In this document: positions 22,359-32,664 of the stretch, in pieces | Numbering within the stretch: position 1 is the stretch's first letter | Layout of the letters: every line of letters starts with the position of its first letter | Program-made: the position numbers and the translations under genes | From: Octopus bimaculoides | Taxonomy: Eukaryota | Length of the DNA: 32,664 nt | Reading direction: 5' to 3' | Assembly: GCF_001194135.2 (NCBI RefSeq) | Contig: NC_068990.1 | Span: 79,260,492 to 79,293,155, forward strand | The notes under the pieces: generated by a model | Told to the model about the DNA's origin: nothing | The model's database searches: none | Seen by the model: only the letters and a program-made list of their open reading frames with translations

Positions 22359-22359
<1 letters not shown>

Positions 22360-22740
22360 GAGGCGCAATGGCCCAGTGCTTAGGGCAGCGGACTCGTGGT
22401 CATAGGATCGAGGTTTCGATTCCTAAACTGGGCGCTGTGAGTGTTTATTGCGCGAAAACACCTAAAGCTCCACAAGGCTTCGGCAGGGGGGGCGGTGGCG
22501 AACCCTGCTGTACTCTTCCACCACAACTTTCTCTCACTCTTACTTCCTGTTTCTGTTGTGCCTGTAATTCAAAGAGCCAGCCTTGTCACACTGCGTCATG
22601 CTGAATCTCCCCGAGAACTACGTTAAGGGTACACGTGTCTGTGGAGTGCTCAGCCACTTGCACGTTAATTTCACGAGCAGGCTGTTCCGTTGATCGGATC
22701 AGCTGGAACCCTCGACGTCGTAAGCGACGGAGTGCTACCA
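22359..22740 (+). mobile_element. Near full-length tRNA-derived SINE (family C)
   Basis: A box TGGCCCAGTGCTTAGG and B box GGTTTCGATTCC (22412). Its 3' domain GCCTTGTCACA..GAGAACTACGTTAAGGGTACACGTGTC..TTGCACGTTAATT..GAGCAGGCTG is shared with 28740-28850. Confidence 0.8.
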
Positions 22741-23129
22741 CGATGTGTGTGTGTGTGTGGTAAGAAGCTTGCTTTCCAACCACTCTGTTCCGTGTTCAGT
22801 CCCACTGCGTAGCATCTTGGGCAAGTGTTTTCTACTATAACCTCGGGCCAACCAAAGCTTTGTCAGTGGATTTAGCTCGAAGTAGGTGTGTGTGTGTGTG
22901 TGCGTGTGTGTGTGTGCGTTTGTGTGTGTGTATGTCTTTGTGTCTGTGTGTAATACACTGCCACCTTACACGTGAAAGAAGTTAATTAAAAACTAACGAA
23001 GCAGAACAGATTGCATCGTTAGTTGTCGTTCTTCTTGTCGTTGCTGCTATGACTGCTGATGCCATTCTTATTATTAATGGTGGTACTTTTGTTGTTCTTC
23101 TGCTTCTTACGATTCCTTATTTATTATTG

Positions 23130-23180
<51 letters not shown>

Positions 23181-23410
23181 CTTGCTCGTGTTAATTGTAT
23201 AACATCGTTATTTATTTTATTGCTGTTTATGTTGTTTATGTTGATGTTTATTTTTCCGGGTAGGGGGGGGGGGAATGTTGTCGCACTTGTGCGTGTGCGT
23301 GTGTGTATGTGTGTGTGCAGATTTAGACAGACAGACAGATACACACACACACACACACGCACAGACAGATAGACAGACACACACACACACAGACAGACAG
23401 ATAGACAGAC

Positions 23411-23469
<59 letters not shown>

Positions 23470-23608
23470 NNNNNNNNNNNNNNNNNNNNNNNNNNNNNNN
23501 NNNNNNNNNNNNNNNNNNNNNNNNNNNNNNNNNNNNNNNNNNNNNNNNNNNNNNNNNNNNNNNNNNNNNNNNNNNNNNNNNNNNNNNNNNNNNNNNNNNN
23601 NNNNNNNN

Positions 23609-23656
<48 letters not shown>

Positions 23657-23977
23657 AATGACTGACGTTTGTGTTGTTTATAGAACTATTTTAAAATTTC
23701 ATTGGATTATCGCTGGTAGACGATGAGGAGGAGGAAGTGGATAAGGGTGATGATGTTGGTGATGATGATGATGATCATGATGATGATAGTGATGGTGGTG
23801 GTAACAGTGAGGTGGAGTGGGGTGGATCGGGGAGTGCAGTCAGCCTACAAAAGACGCTTCATTCCCCGTTGACCTATTTCTTTCCCGCTCATATCCTGCT
23901 TGATCAGTCAACCTTAAATGGACTCGCCCCACCATCAACCCGCATTCAATGTACCTCACTTCTCCTACTCCCTCACA

Positions 23978-24014
<37 letters not shown>

Positions 24015-24076
24015 TGCAAATGAGCCTTTCAACAAACCGACGGTAGATATAATGAAATGTCAGCATTAATCTGTGA

Positions 24077-24118
<42 letters not shown>

Positions 24119-24426
24119 GGAAGGATGATGGGAAGGATGAAGAGGAGGAGAAAGAAGAGAAGAAAAAGAAGAGGAGGAGGAAGAAGAAGAGAAGAAAAAG
24201 TAGAAGAGGAAGAGGAGGAGGAGAAGAGAAGAAGAAAAGTAGAAGAGGAGGAGGAGGAGGAGGAGGAGAAGAAGAAGAAGAAGAAGTCTTGTTTTTTATA
24301 GCCTGGCACTTATTCTATCAGTCTCTTTTGCCGAACCGCTAATTTCCAGGGACGTTAAAAAACCAACACCGGTTGTCAAGCGGTGGTGGGGGACAAACTC
24401 ATAAATGAAGACACACACACACACTA

Positions 24427-24458
<32 letters not shown>

Positions 24459-25001
24459 ACACACCGGACGGGCTTCTTTAAGTCTCCCTCTGTGAAATCC
24501 ACTCCCCAGGCTTTAGTCGGCTCAAGGTTATACAAGAAGACACTTGCCCGCGCAGTAGGACTGAACCTGAAACCATGTGGTTGGAAAGCAAGCCTCTTGC
24601 CACACAGCTATACTCGTGCCTAGAAGTGGCCAGCAAACCGCTACGGAGAATCGAACCCTGAGCCTCTCAAATTCCGCTTCAACGCTTAAACTAGGCGAAC
24701 CCTGTTGTTTTCTCTGTCGTTTGCTGCTGTTTTGTTGCAAATTATTGCTAAAGAAATCATTTTTCTTTAATAAAGCAATTATTGCAGTTGTTGTTGGTGT
24801 TGTTGTATGTGTTACACGCTTGAATGAACGTATTTAGCTCATCCATCATTACATTGTTTTTCTAACGTCACTCTCTCTCTCTCTCTCTCTCTCTTTCTTT
24901 CTCTCTCTCCCTCTCTTTCACTCTCACCTTTATACCTCTTCTTTCTCACGTCTACACTCCACCCAATCTCTCAATCTCTCTCTCTCTGTTTCTCTTTATA
25001 C

Positions 25002-25052
<51 letters not shown>

Positions 25053-25317
25053 NNNNNNNNNNNNNNNNNNNNNNNNNNNNNNNNNNNNNNNNNNNNNNNN
25101 NNNNNNNNNNNNNNNNNNNNNNNNNNNNNNNNNNNNNNNNNNNNNNNNNNNNNNNNNNNNNNNNNNNNNNNNNNNNNNNNNNNNNNNNNNNNNNNNNNNN
25201 NNNNNNNNNNNNNNNNNNNNNNNNNNNNNNNNNNNNNNNNNNNNNNNNNNNNNNNNNNNNNNNNNNNNNNNNNNNNNNNNNNNNNNNNNNNNNNNNNNNN
25301 NNNNNNNNNNNNNNNNN

Positions 25318-25352
<35 letters not shown>

Positions 25353-26854
25353 CTCTCTCTATCTCTCTTCACTCTCTTTCACTTTTTTCATGTACGTTCG
25401 CTACTTCTCTCTGTCTACGAATCTTCTATGTCTATCTGTATCTCCGTCTATCCATCCTTTCTATCTATTTATCAGTTTTATCAATCTTTCCAACTATCCC
25501 TCGATCCAACGTTCGAAACGCAGAGTAAATGAAACAAGGGACAACTGACGAAGGGATTGTTCTTTATGTTGCCTGTCTCTTTTCTCCATTTCTTTCTTTC
25601 GTTATTCGAAGAAAAAGTTCGAGGTATGTACATATATGTATATATCCATATATATATATTATTTATATTATATTATATTATATTATATATATATACATAC
25701 ATACGTCCATACATACATACATACATACATACATACAAATATAAATACATACATACAGACATACAGACATATAAAGAATATGGGGGTTTAGTTTACTGGT
25801 GATCTAAACGAATAGGTACCCTGGGTAAGTACTGTAACGAATTATTAGGGTTCCAAGCTCGTAACTAAGACGGGAGTTATGGATCCATTTTAAGTTTCCG
25901 ATTTAGCAGATATATATTTGTGAAAGAGGACAACAAACACCGAAGCATGATAAGCATCTCAAGTCATTATACACTCGTATTTCATATTATTCTTAAGACC
26001 TCAACTAATTCAAGAACAAAATAAAACAATATGAATTGAGATGCTTGTTATGCCTCGGTGTTTGCTGCCCTCTTTCACAAATATACATACATATATATAT
26101 CTTTATATNNNNNNNNNNNNNNNNNNNNNNNNNNNNNNNNNNNNNNNNNNNNNNNNNNNNNNNNNNNNNNNNNNNNNNNNNNNNNNNNNNNNNNNNNNNN
26201 NNNNNNNNNNNNNNNNNNNNNNNNNNNNNNNNNNNNNNNNNNNNNNNNNNNNNNNNNNNNNNNNNNNNNNNNNNNNNNNNNNNNNNNNNNNNNNNNNNNN
26301 NNNNNNNNNNNNNNNNNNNNNNNNNNNNNNNNNNNNNNNNNNNNNNNNNNNNNNNNNNNNNNNNNNNNNNNNNNNNNNNNNNNNNNNNNNNNNNNNNNNN
26401 NNNNNNNNNNNNNNNNNNNNNNNNNNNNNNNNNNNNNNNNNNNNNNNNNNNNNNNNNNNNNNNNNNNNNNNNNNNNNNNNNNNNNNNNNNNNNNNNNNNN
26501 NNNNNNNNNNNNNNNNNNNNNNNNNNNNNNNNNNNNNNNNNNNNNNNNNNNNNNNNNNNNNNNNNNNNNNNNNNNNNNNNNNNNNNNNNNNNNNNNNNNN
26601 NNNNNNNNNNNNNNNNNNNNNNNNNNNNNNNNNNNNNNNTATATATATCATACATAGATACGTAAATTTATTCTCTTCATTTTATTCTCATTGGGCTTTA
26701 ATCACAAGTTTCATCCTATTATTAATTTTACATGCTCGTGCGCGCGCGCACACACACTACACAACACGCACACACATATACGCACACAGTGCTTTCCTTC
26801 TCATTGGGCAGAAACAAGACATCGATTTCTTTCTACGAATATTGTTACTTTAAA

Positions 26855-27343
26855 TCAACTACAATCATGTTGGCGGCCGGATGGCCTGGCCTCCGGTTCT
26901 GGTTGGAGAACCCCCTTTAAAGGTCTTTTAGAGGCTGTTACATTGGGAGTTCCCACGTCGTGTGGGAAGACCTCCTGAATGTTCTTGTACGTTGTTTGTG
27001 GCACACGCACTAACAACAGCTCTTCTGGCACTTTAAGGGTGCTGGCATCATGAATTGCTCCCTCCCTCTCAATTTCTTTATTTCGAGATATGAGGGCCAT
27101 GAGATTTTTATTTGCTCTCTTCACTAGCACAAAATTCAGGATCTCAGAATTTAACAGTTCTTCCAAAAGCTTTCTTTTGAGGTGGGGTTGTGGTGGTGGT
27201 GATAGCTTTTGTTGTGTAAGCGATGGTTGAGCTGGAGGGGTTGTTGTCTGCGTGACGGTACTTTTTGTGTTGTCTAATGTTTGTTTTGGTGTGGATCCGG
27301 ATATTAACTGACGAATCCTTATCAAATCATAGCCTGCTGTCAT
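26855..27343 (-). CDS. Orphan 162-codon ORF (T/P/Q-rich N-terminus, several KR dibasic sites); unknown product
   Basis: Longest non-repetitive ORF in the window that I cannot assign to a transposon. It has protein-like composition and lies downstream of a promoter-motif cluster. No recognisable domain. Confidence 0.35.
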   Translation of the reverse strand: MTAGYDLIRIRQLISGSTPKQTLDNTKSTVTQTTTPPAQPSLTQQKLSPPPQPHLKRKLLEELLNSEILNFVLVKRANKNLMALISRNKEIEREGAIHDASTLKVPEELLLVRVPQTTYKNIQEVFPHDVGTPNVTASKRPLKGVLQPEPEARPSGRQHDCS

Positions 27344-28089
27344 ATCCTGTCACCTCCCACGAACAGAATAGGATCGTAGGAGCACAAAGAAAACGAGCAC
27401 TACTCAAGCCCAGAGTCAACTTAAGTCTCAACAGACCACCAGTGCCCAACCTGTTGCCGAAACTTCTGAGCACGCACCGGACTGACTGACCACAGCTGGG
27501 CACACTGTCATCTGTCTTCTCCCGTGGCGTGACGTTGGTCATCGTTGACGACGTCGGACGAACCAATAATAAAACAGTTCTTCATATTATTGATTATGCA
27601 GTTAGTAATAGTGTTGTGGAACTCTGGATATTTACCAAAACACATTTACCAAAATGGGAAACGGAAAGGTTTCTGGTCGTTCAGTTGGTGTCCTTCAATA
27701 ATGTAAAACGAGTGGGAGATGATTGCAGGCCACCACAACCATGACCACCACCACCAACACCACCAGGATATGATCCTAATCTGACGAAGAATGTTGTTTG
27801 CTTTCATTTCTTAGCAAAAGCTTGTCCTAGTCAGATTTGAACTGTCACAGACTCAGATGATCATTGCTACAGCTGGGTCGGACCCTCACCATTCTTAATT
27901 TCATTGTGACAACCGTCTCTATTTAGAAACAACAACAACAACAACAACTATGATATTGAATAATTCCCACTGCACAATGACTCCTCCTCGTCATCTTCCT
28001 TTCCCTCCTCCTCCTCCTCCTCTTCCCGCTACTGTTTGGCCGATCATTTTTCTGTCATCGATCTCAAGACAAATGAAAAGACCGGGTTG

Positions 28090-28240
28090 AAGTGGGCGGG
28101 AATCTAAACAAGCAACAGGCCCGTTGTGAGGGGAGGGGGAAGGAGAGGAGAGGAGAGGAGTATTGATTGATTGATTGACTTAACTAATGACGTCATTGAT
28201 TGTAATAATGGTAGGCGGAGTAAAGAGGGGCGGGGCTTCG
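28090..28240. promoter_or_regulatory. Candidate Pol II promoter (GC boxes, CRE, E2F-like site)
   Basis: TGGGCGGGAA 28093, 12-bp palindrome AATGACGTCATT 28186-28197, TAGGCGGAGT 28212 and GGGGCGGGGC 28227, in a locally CpG-richer patch. Confidence 0.5.
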
Positions 28241-28739
28241 TGAGATGATTCTTACAGAAAAATGGGTCTGAATGTATCAATGATAAGAACAGAGGGGACG
28301 GCGGGCGGGGGCGATGGTGGCNNNNNNNNNNNNNNNNNNNNNNNNNNNNNNNNNNNNNNNNNNNNNNNNNNNNNNNNNNNNNNNNNNNNNNNNNNNNNNN
28401 NNNNNNNNNNNNNNNNNNNNNNNNNNNNNNNNNNNNNNNNNNNNNNNNNNNNNNNNNNNNNNNNNNNNNNNNNNNNNNNNNNNNNNNNNNNNNNNNNNNN
28501 NNNNNNNNNNNNNNNNNNNNNNNNNNNNNNNNNNNNNNNNNNNNNNNNNNNNNNNNNNNNNNNNNNNNNNNNNNNNNNNNNNNNNGTTTATTGACAATAA
28601 TTTCATCTGTAAGTCAGGAAACGCTTGTGTTTTTCTGTGAACATCACCGAGTTCGAACCTCGCCAGATTCAGAACGATAAAACGAAAACCAGTAAAAAAG
28701 AAAAATTTAAAAAACTGACATTCCGTTGGTTATGGTGAT

Positions 28740-28935
28740 GAGTGTTCCAGCCTGCTCATGCAATTAACGTGCAAATGGTTGAGTACTCCAGAGACATGCA
28801 TACCCTTAATGTAGTTCTCAGGGACACAGAATGTGACAAGGCCGGCCCCTTTGAATTACAAGTACAACTCATTTTTGCCAGCTGGGTGGACTGGAGCAAT
28901 GTGAAAATAAAGTGTCTTGCTCAAGGACACAATGA
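28740..28935 (-). mobile_element. SINE fragment (family D) sharing its 3' domain with family C
   Basis: Minus strand TTGTGTCCTTGAGCAAGACACTT.. head followed by GGCCTTGTCACA..GAGAACTACATTAAGGGTA..TTGCACGTTAATT..GAGCAGGCTG. Confidence 0.6.
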
Positions 28936-29059
28936 GCCGCCTGACTGCCTTCCATTACAAACTTATGACTTTGTTCCAACTTAATAAACCATTATTCTTC
29001 TGAATGGCACGGGTGGAGGTGGGGGAGGGGTGCAGAATCGTAGAAGAAGGATTTGTTCT

Positions 29060-29405
29060 GGTACTTCACGTTCTAAATTTTAATCGAACCCAAATCAACT
29101 TCGCCTTTCATTCTTCTTGGGTCTGAGTTCGAATTCCACTGAGGTCGACTTTACCTTTCATCCTTTCGGGGTTGATAAAATAAGTACCAGATGAATATTT
29201 GGGGCTGATTTCTGGCCTTGTGCCAAAATTTGAAACTATTATTATTAATAGGGAACTGGAAGAACTGTTTACTCTCTGGACAAAATGCTTAGCGGCATTT
29301 CGTCCGTCTTTTTATTCAGAGCTCAACTTCCATCAAAGTCGACTTTGTCTTTCATCCTTTCGGGGTCGATAAAATAAGTACCCGTCAAACACTGGGGTCG
29401 ATGTA
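29060..29405 (+). mobile_element. Tandem fragments of a CORE-like tRNA SINE (family E); a degenerate head of the same family is at 7658-7750
   Basis: Repeated GAGTTC.AATTCC..GAGGTCGACTTT.CCTTTCATCCTTTCGGGGT.GATAAAATAAGTACC. Confidence 0.65.
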
Positions 29406-29688
29406 AGATCAAACTTTTTGAGTTTTGCGAGAATTTTTTTCTCTGTGACAAACCGCAGTGAAAAGCCTTTACAAGTTCAAGTACATCTCAAACATATTTG
29501 AACTGGTCTTAAGGCTGTATACTTGCCTTCAATGCTTCGTGCATCAACTCACATAAATCTTTTACGTAAATTTTGGCGTTAAACCAAGTGAACGTCATCA
29601 CTGGGCCCCAGCCTGTGTTGTCAACAAAACCAGTTTAAAGTAATTTTCAACTTGAATAAATACAGCAGATGCTCATGTGAGTGCATGC

Positions 29689-29766
<78 letters not shown>

Positions 29767-29969
29767 NNNNNNNNNNNNNNNNNNNNNNNNNNNNNNNNNN
29801 NNNNNNNNNNNNNNNNNNNNNNNNNNNNNNNNNNNNNNNNNNNNNNNNNNNNNNNNNNNNNNNNNNNNNNNNNNNNNNNNNNNNNNNNNNNNNNNNNNNN
29901 NNNNNNNNNNNNNNNNNNNNNNNNNNNNNNNNNNNNNNNNNNNNNNNATATATATATATATATATATAT

Positions 29970-30890
29970 AAACTAAATGACGAACAGGTGATGACAGCTT
30001 CGCAACACATAGCTGACTCTATCCATAGCAGTATAAAGGTTACCGTAGACTACCCCTCTAAACACCCCAGTAAGAGATTACCTGTCCTAGATACTGAGCT
30101 GTGGATAGAAAATACTATGATTAACGGAACTGTTAAACCCTATTTACTCCACTCACACTATTGTAAACCTATGGCTAATCCACTGGTAAACCTATGGCTA
30201 ATCCACTGGTAACCCGTAGTGACTCAGCGATGTCAAGTACTACCAAGATCAACATCCTCGTGGCAGATTTAGAGTAATGAGGAATGTATCCCCACTATGT
30301 CAACCACAAGAATGACAACAACACATCCAGCACCACATATTCCGAATGCAACCTTCCGGATACACACAGCATGATAGAATCAGAGTGTACAAAGGAGGGA
30401 AAAACAAGATTCGTACACATTCTAAGAGATGATGAAAACGGTATATGCCCCTAAACCGCAACAAGTTCTGGAATAGGTTAGAGAGGGACACCAACAAAAG
30501 AAATAAAAACAATACTTGGTATGATAACAAGAAGTTTCACAGTGTAATGTTTCTTGACGCTACACCTAAAAGCGAATTAAGTAAGGCATTTAAGAAAATC
30601 CTGCGCACAACTGGCCTAAAGATCAAAGTTGTAGAAAAGACAGGTAGGACAATCAAATCTGTATTATGTAGATCATATCCATTTGATAGAATCACGTATC
30701 AAAATAATTGTGCAGTATGTTCTACAAACCCACATGTGAACTGCAAAACCAAGAGCACTGTATACCAGATTAAGTGCCAAGAAAGTGCTTGTGCGACTAA
30801 CCCGGAGTCATACATTGGTGAGACTTCTAGGAGTATCAATGATAGGTTCAAAAAACACCTGGACAACTACATTGAAAAAAAACCAAAAGG
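29970..30890 (+). mobile_element. Penelope-like retroelement fragment: RT C-terminus, Cys-rich linker and GIY-YIG endonuclease, decayed
   Basis: RLPVLDTELWIE, YCKPMA, MQ.SGY, PLNRNKFW, FLDATPKSEL, IKVVEKTGRTIKSVL, CAVC, TVYQIKC..YIGETSRSINDRFKKH. A 23-bp tandem duplication at 30163-30208 and further indels break the frame. Confidence 0.92.
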
Positions 30891-30951
30891 TATGATGATG
30901 CAAACAGGAAGAAGAGAACTTAAAATATGAGTATATGCATATTTTTAATTA

Positions 30952-31067
30952 ATATTTAGCAGAAGTAACAGAGTGACTCAAGGTCTGAGAGTTTCGTACA
31001 TTGTTTGATAAGTGCCAATACACGAAACTCTCGGACCTTGAATCACTCAGTTACTTCTGCTAAACAT
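30952..31067. mobile_element. ~116-bp hairpin MITE with TA flanks (Tc1/mariner-type)
   Basis: 46-bp arms (ATATTTAGCAGAAGTAACAGAGTGACTCAAGGTCTGAGAGTTTCGT and its near reverse complement, 4 mismatches), 24-nt loop, TA on both sides. Confidence 0.8.
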
Positions 31068-31949
31068 TAATAAACACACACACACACACAACGGTCTTCT
31101 TTCAGTTTCCGTCTACCAAATCCACTCGCAAGGTTTTAGTCGGCCTGAGGCTATAGTAGAAGACACTTGCTCAAGGTACCACCGAGTGGGGCTGAATCCG
31201 GAATCATGTGGTAGGGAAGCAAGTGCGTATACATGTGTGCATATATGTAAACGAATATGTCACGCGTGTGTTAAATATTTCAGTAATAGTTTTGAATTTG
31301 GTTGAAATAATATAGGAAAGCTTCTGTTATCCGTTTACTTTTCTGCAACAGTGTGTTAACTAATATCAGTTAAAATTGGTTTAGTTTGATTAGAAGAAAC
31401 AGTCATTAACTGTGAGAAGGAATTGAGATGACTTTCCGCCCAGCATCCAACCTTTCGCGTACATTTAATTTCACCAGAGCTTTGCTAATTGCTCTCACAT
31501 GCTTCTTGCCATCCATAAATTTATATCGAATTCCATGTGTCCTTCAAAGAATATATTGCATTGGAGAATTCACAATATTTCCATCTCTGATTGGGATCTA
31601 ATCTTCTGTTCCGTTTGTTTTTTCTGGTTTCAAAGACATGCATAAGGCACCCATCAGTGTCTTTCATTTGTTTTTTCTGGGTTTTTTTTTTCTATTTCAA
31701 TATTGTTCGCTTAAATAAGTGTTCAACATCGTCGACAATGTTATTATTTAATCGTTCTTCTTACGAAATTCCTTCCAGGGTATCTTTTATCGTTCTCCTT
31801 CTTTTACTTGTTTCAATCATTAGTCTGCGACCATGCTGGGGCATCCCCTTGAAGAGTTTTTTGTAGTCGAATGAATTGACTCAAGTATTTTTTTTAAAGT
31901 CAGGTACTTCTATCGGTCTCTAAGGTCGAATTGCTAATAATAATAATAA

Positions 31950-32430
31950 CAGGGAAGGCAGGAAAAGGTAGTGGATGAAAGGGGAAGGCAAAAACCTTCT
32001 GAGACTTTGACTTTCAGACAGAGCACCGAAGACCGGATATAGTAACCTTTAGGACGGACAAACAAGAATGCCTAATAATCGATGTAGCAGTGCCAGGAGA
32101 TCAACATATCATCATGAAAAAAAGAGAAAAGATTGATAAATATGGAGACCTGAGAATTGAGATCGCTAAGATGTGGCAGCTATGAGAATCGAACATAAAG
32201 GTTATCCCTATTGTCATCGGAGAATTGGGTTCAATACCACCCAATCTGAAAAAACATCTGAAAACCTTAGAAATACTCTACAATCTAGATGTATTGCAAA
32301 AATCGGCATTACTTGGAATTGCACACATACTGCGTAAAGTACTGAATGTCTGAAGTCCTTGTTGTGACTTGACAAACAGTACAAACCCCCGATAGATACA
32401 ATATCTTCAATCAACAACATCACGATATCG
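31950..32430 (+). mobile_element. Dong/R4-type LINE 3' end (REL endonuclease plus 3'UTR), second subfamily
   Basis: DFDFQTEHRRPDIVTFRTDKQECLIIDVAVPGD..KIDKYGDLRIEIAKMW..IPIVIGELGSIP..LQKSALLGIAHILRKVLNV* (stop 32351-32353), preceded by (TAA)5. Confidence 0.9.
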
Positions 32431-32632
32431 GATACTGGGCGACATCTTGAATGGCTACATGTGTGGTAAGTAGCTTGCTTACCAGCCACATGGTTCTGGG
32501 TTCAGTCCCACTGCGTGGCATCTTGGGCAAGTGTCTTCTGCTATAGCCTCGGGCCGACCAAAGCCTTGTGAGTGGATTTGGTAGACGGAAACTGAAAGAA
32601 GCCCGTCGTATATATGTATATATATATATATA

Positions 32633-32664
<32 letters not shown>

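Noticed and set aside
25495-25560. CGAAACGCAGAG and CTGACGAAGGG words suggestive of a hammerhead
   Set aside because: No matching stems, and no NUH triplet after GAAAC.
30313-30315. In-frame TGA in the Penelope ORF as possible selenocysteine
   Set aside because: Context E-[TGA]-QQHIQ fits CGA(Arg) to TGA CpG decay, and the copy has several frameshifts, so it is simply decayed.

Overview
Eukaryotic, AT-rich, repeat-dense genomic DNA from a fragmented short-read assembly, with ten N gaps that are mostly flanked by microsatellites. The SINE, LINE and MITE families look like those I recall from Octopus genomes; this is an inference, not a database result. Most of the window is decayed mobile DNA: RTE LINE fragments, three Dong/R4 LINE fragments, three Penelope-like (GIY-YIG) fragments, two mariner relics, hAT and TA-type MITEs, many tRNA-derived SINEs and simple repeats. 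No host gene can be named. Several non-repetitive islands (about 10.0-11.4, 14.4-14.6, 17.1-17.9 and 26.9-28.3 kb) carry promoter motifs and minus-strand splice signals, and one holds a 162-codon orphan ORF. The most notable structure is a 500-bp foldback element (2713-3212, 217-bp arms). Each arm carries a minimal type I hammerhead ribozyme motif, one per strand. A third, decayed hammerhead sits in a Penelope-type terminal repeat at 8.28 kb.
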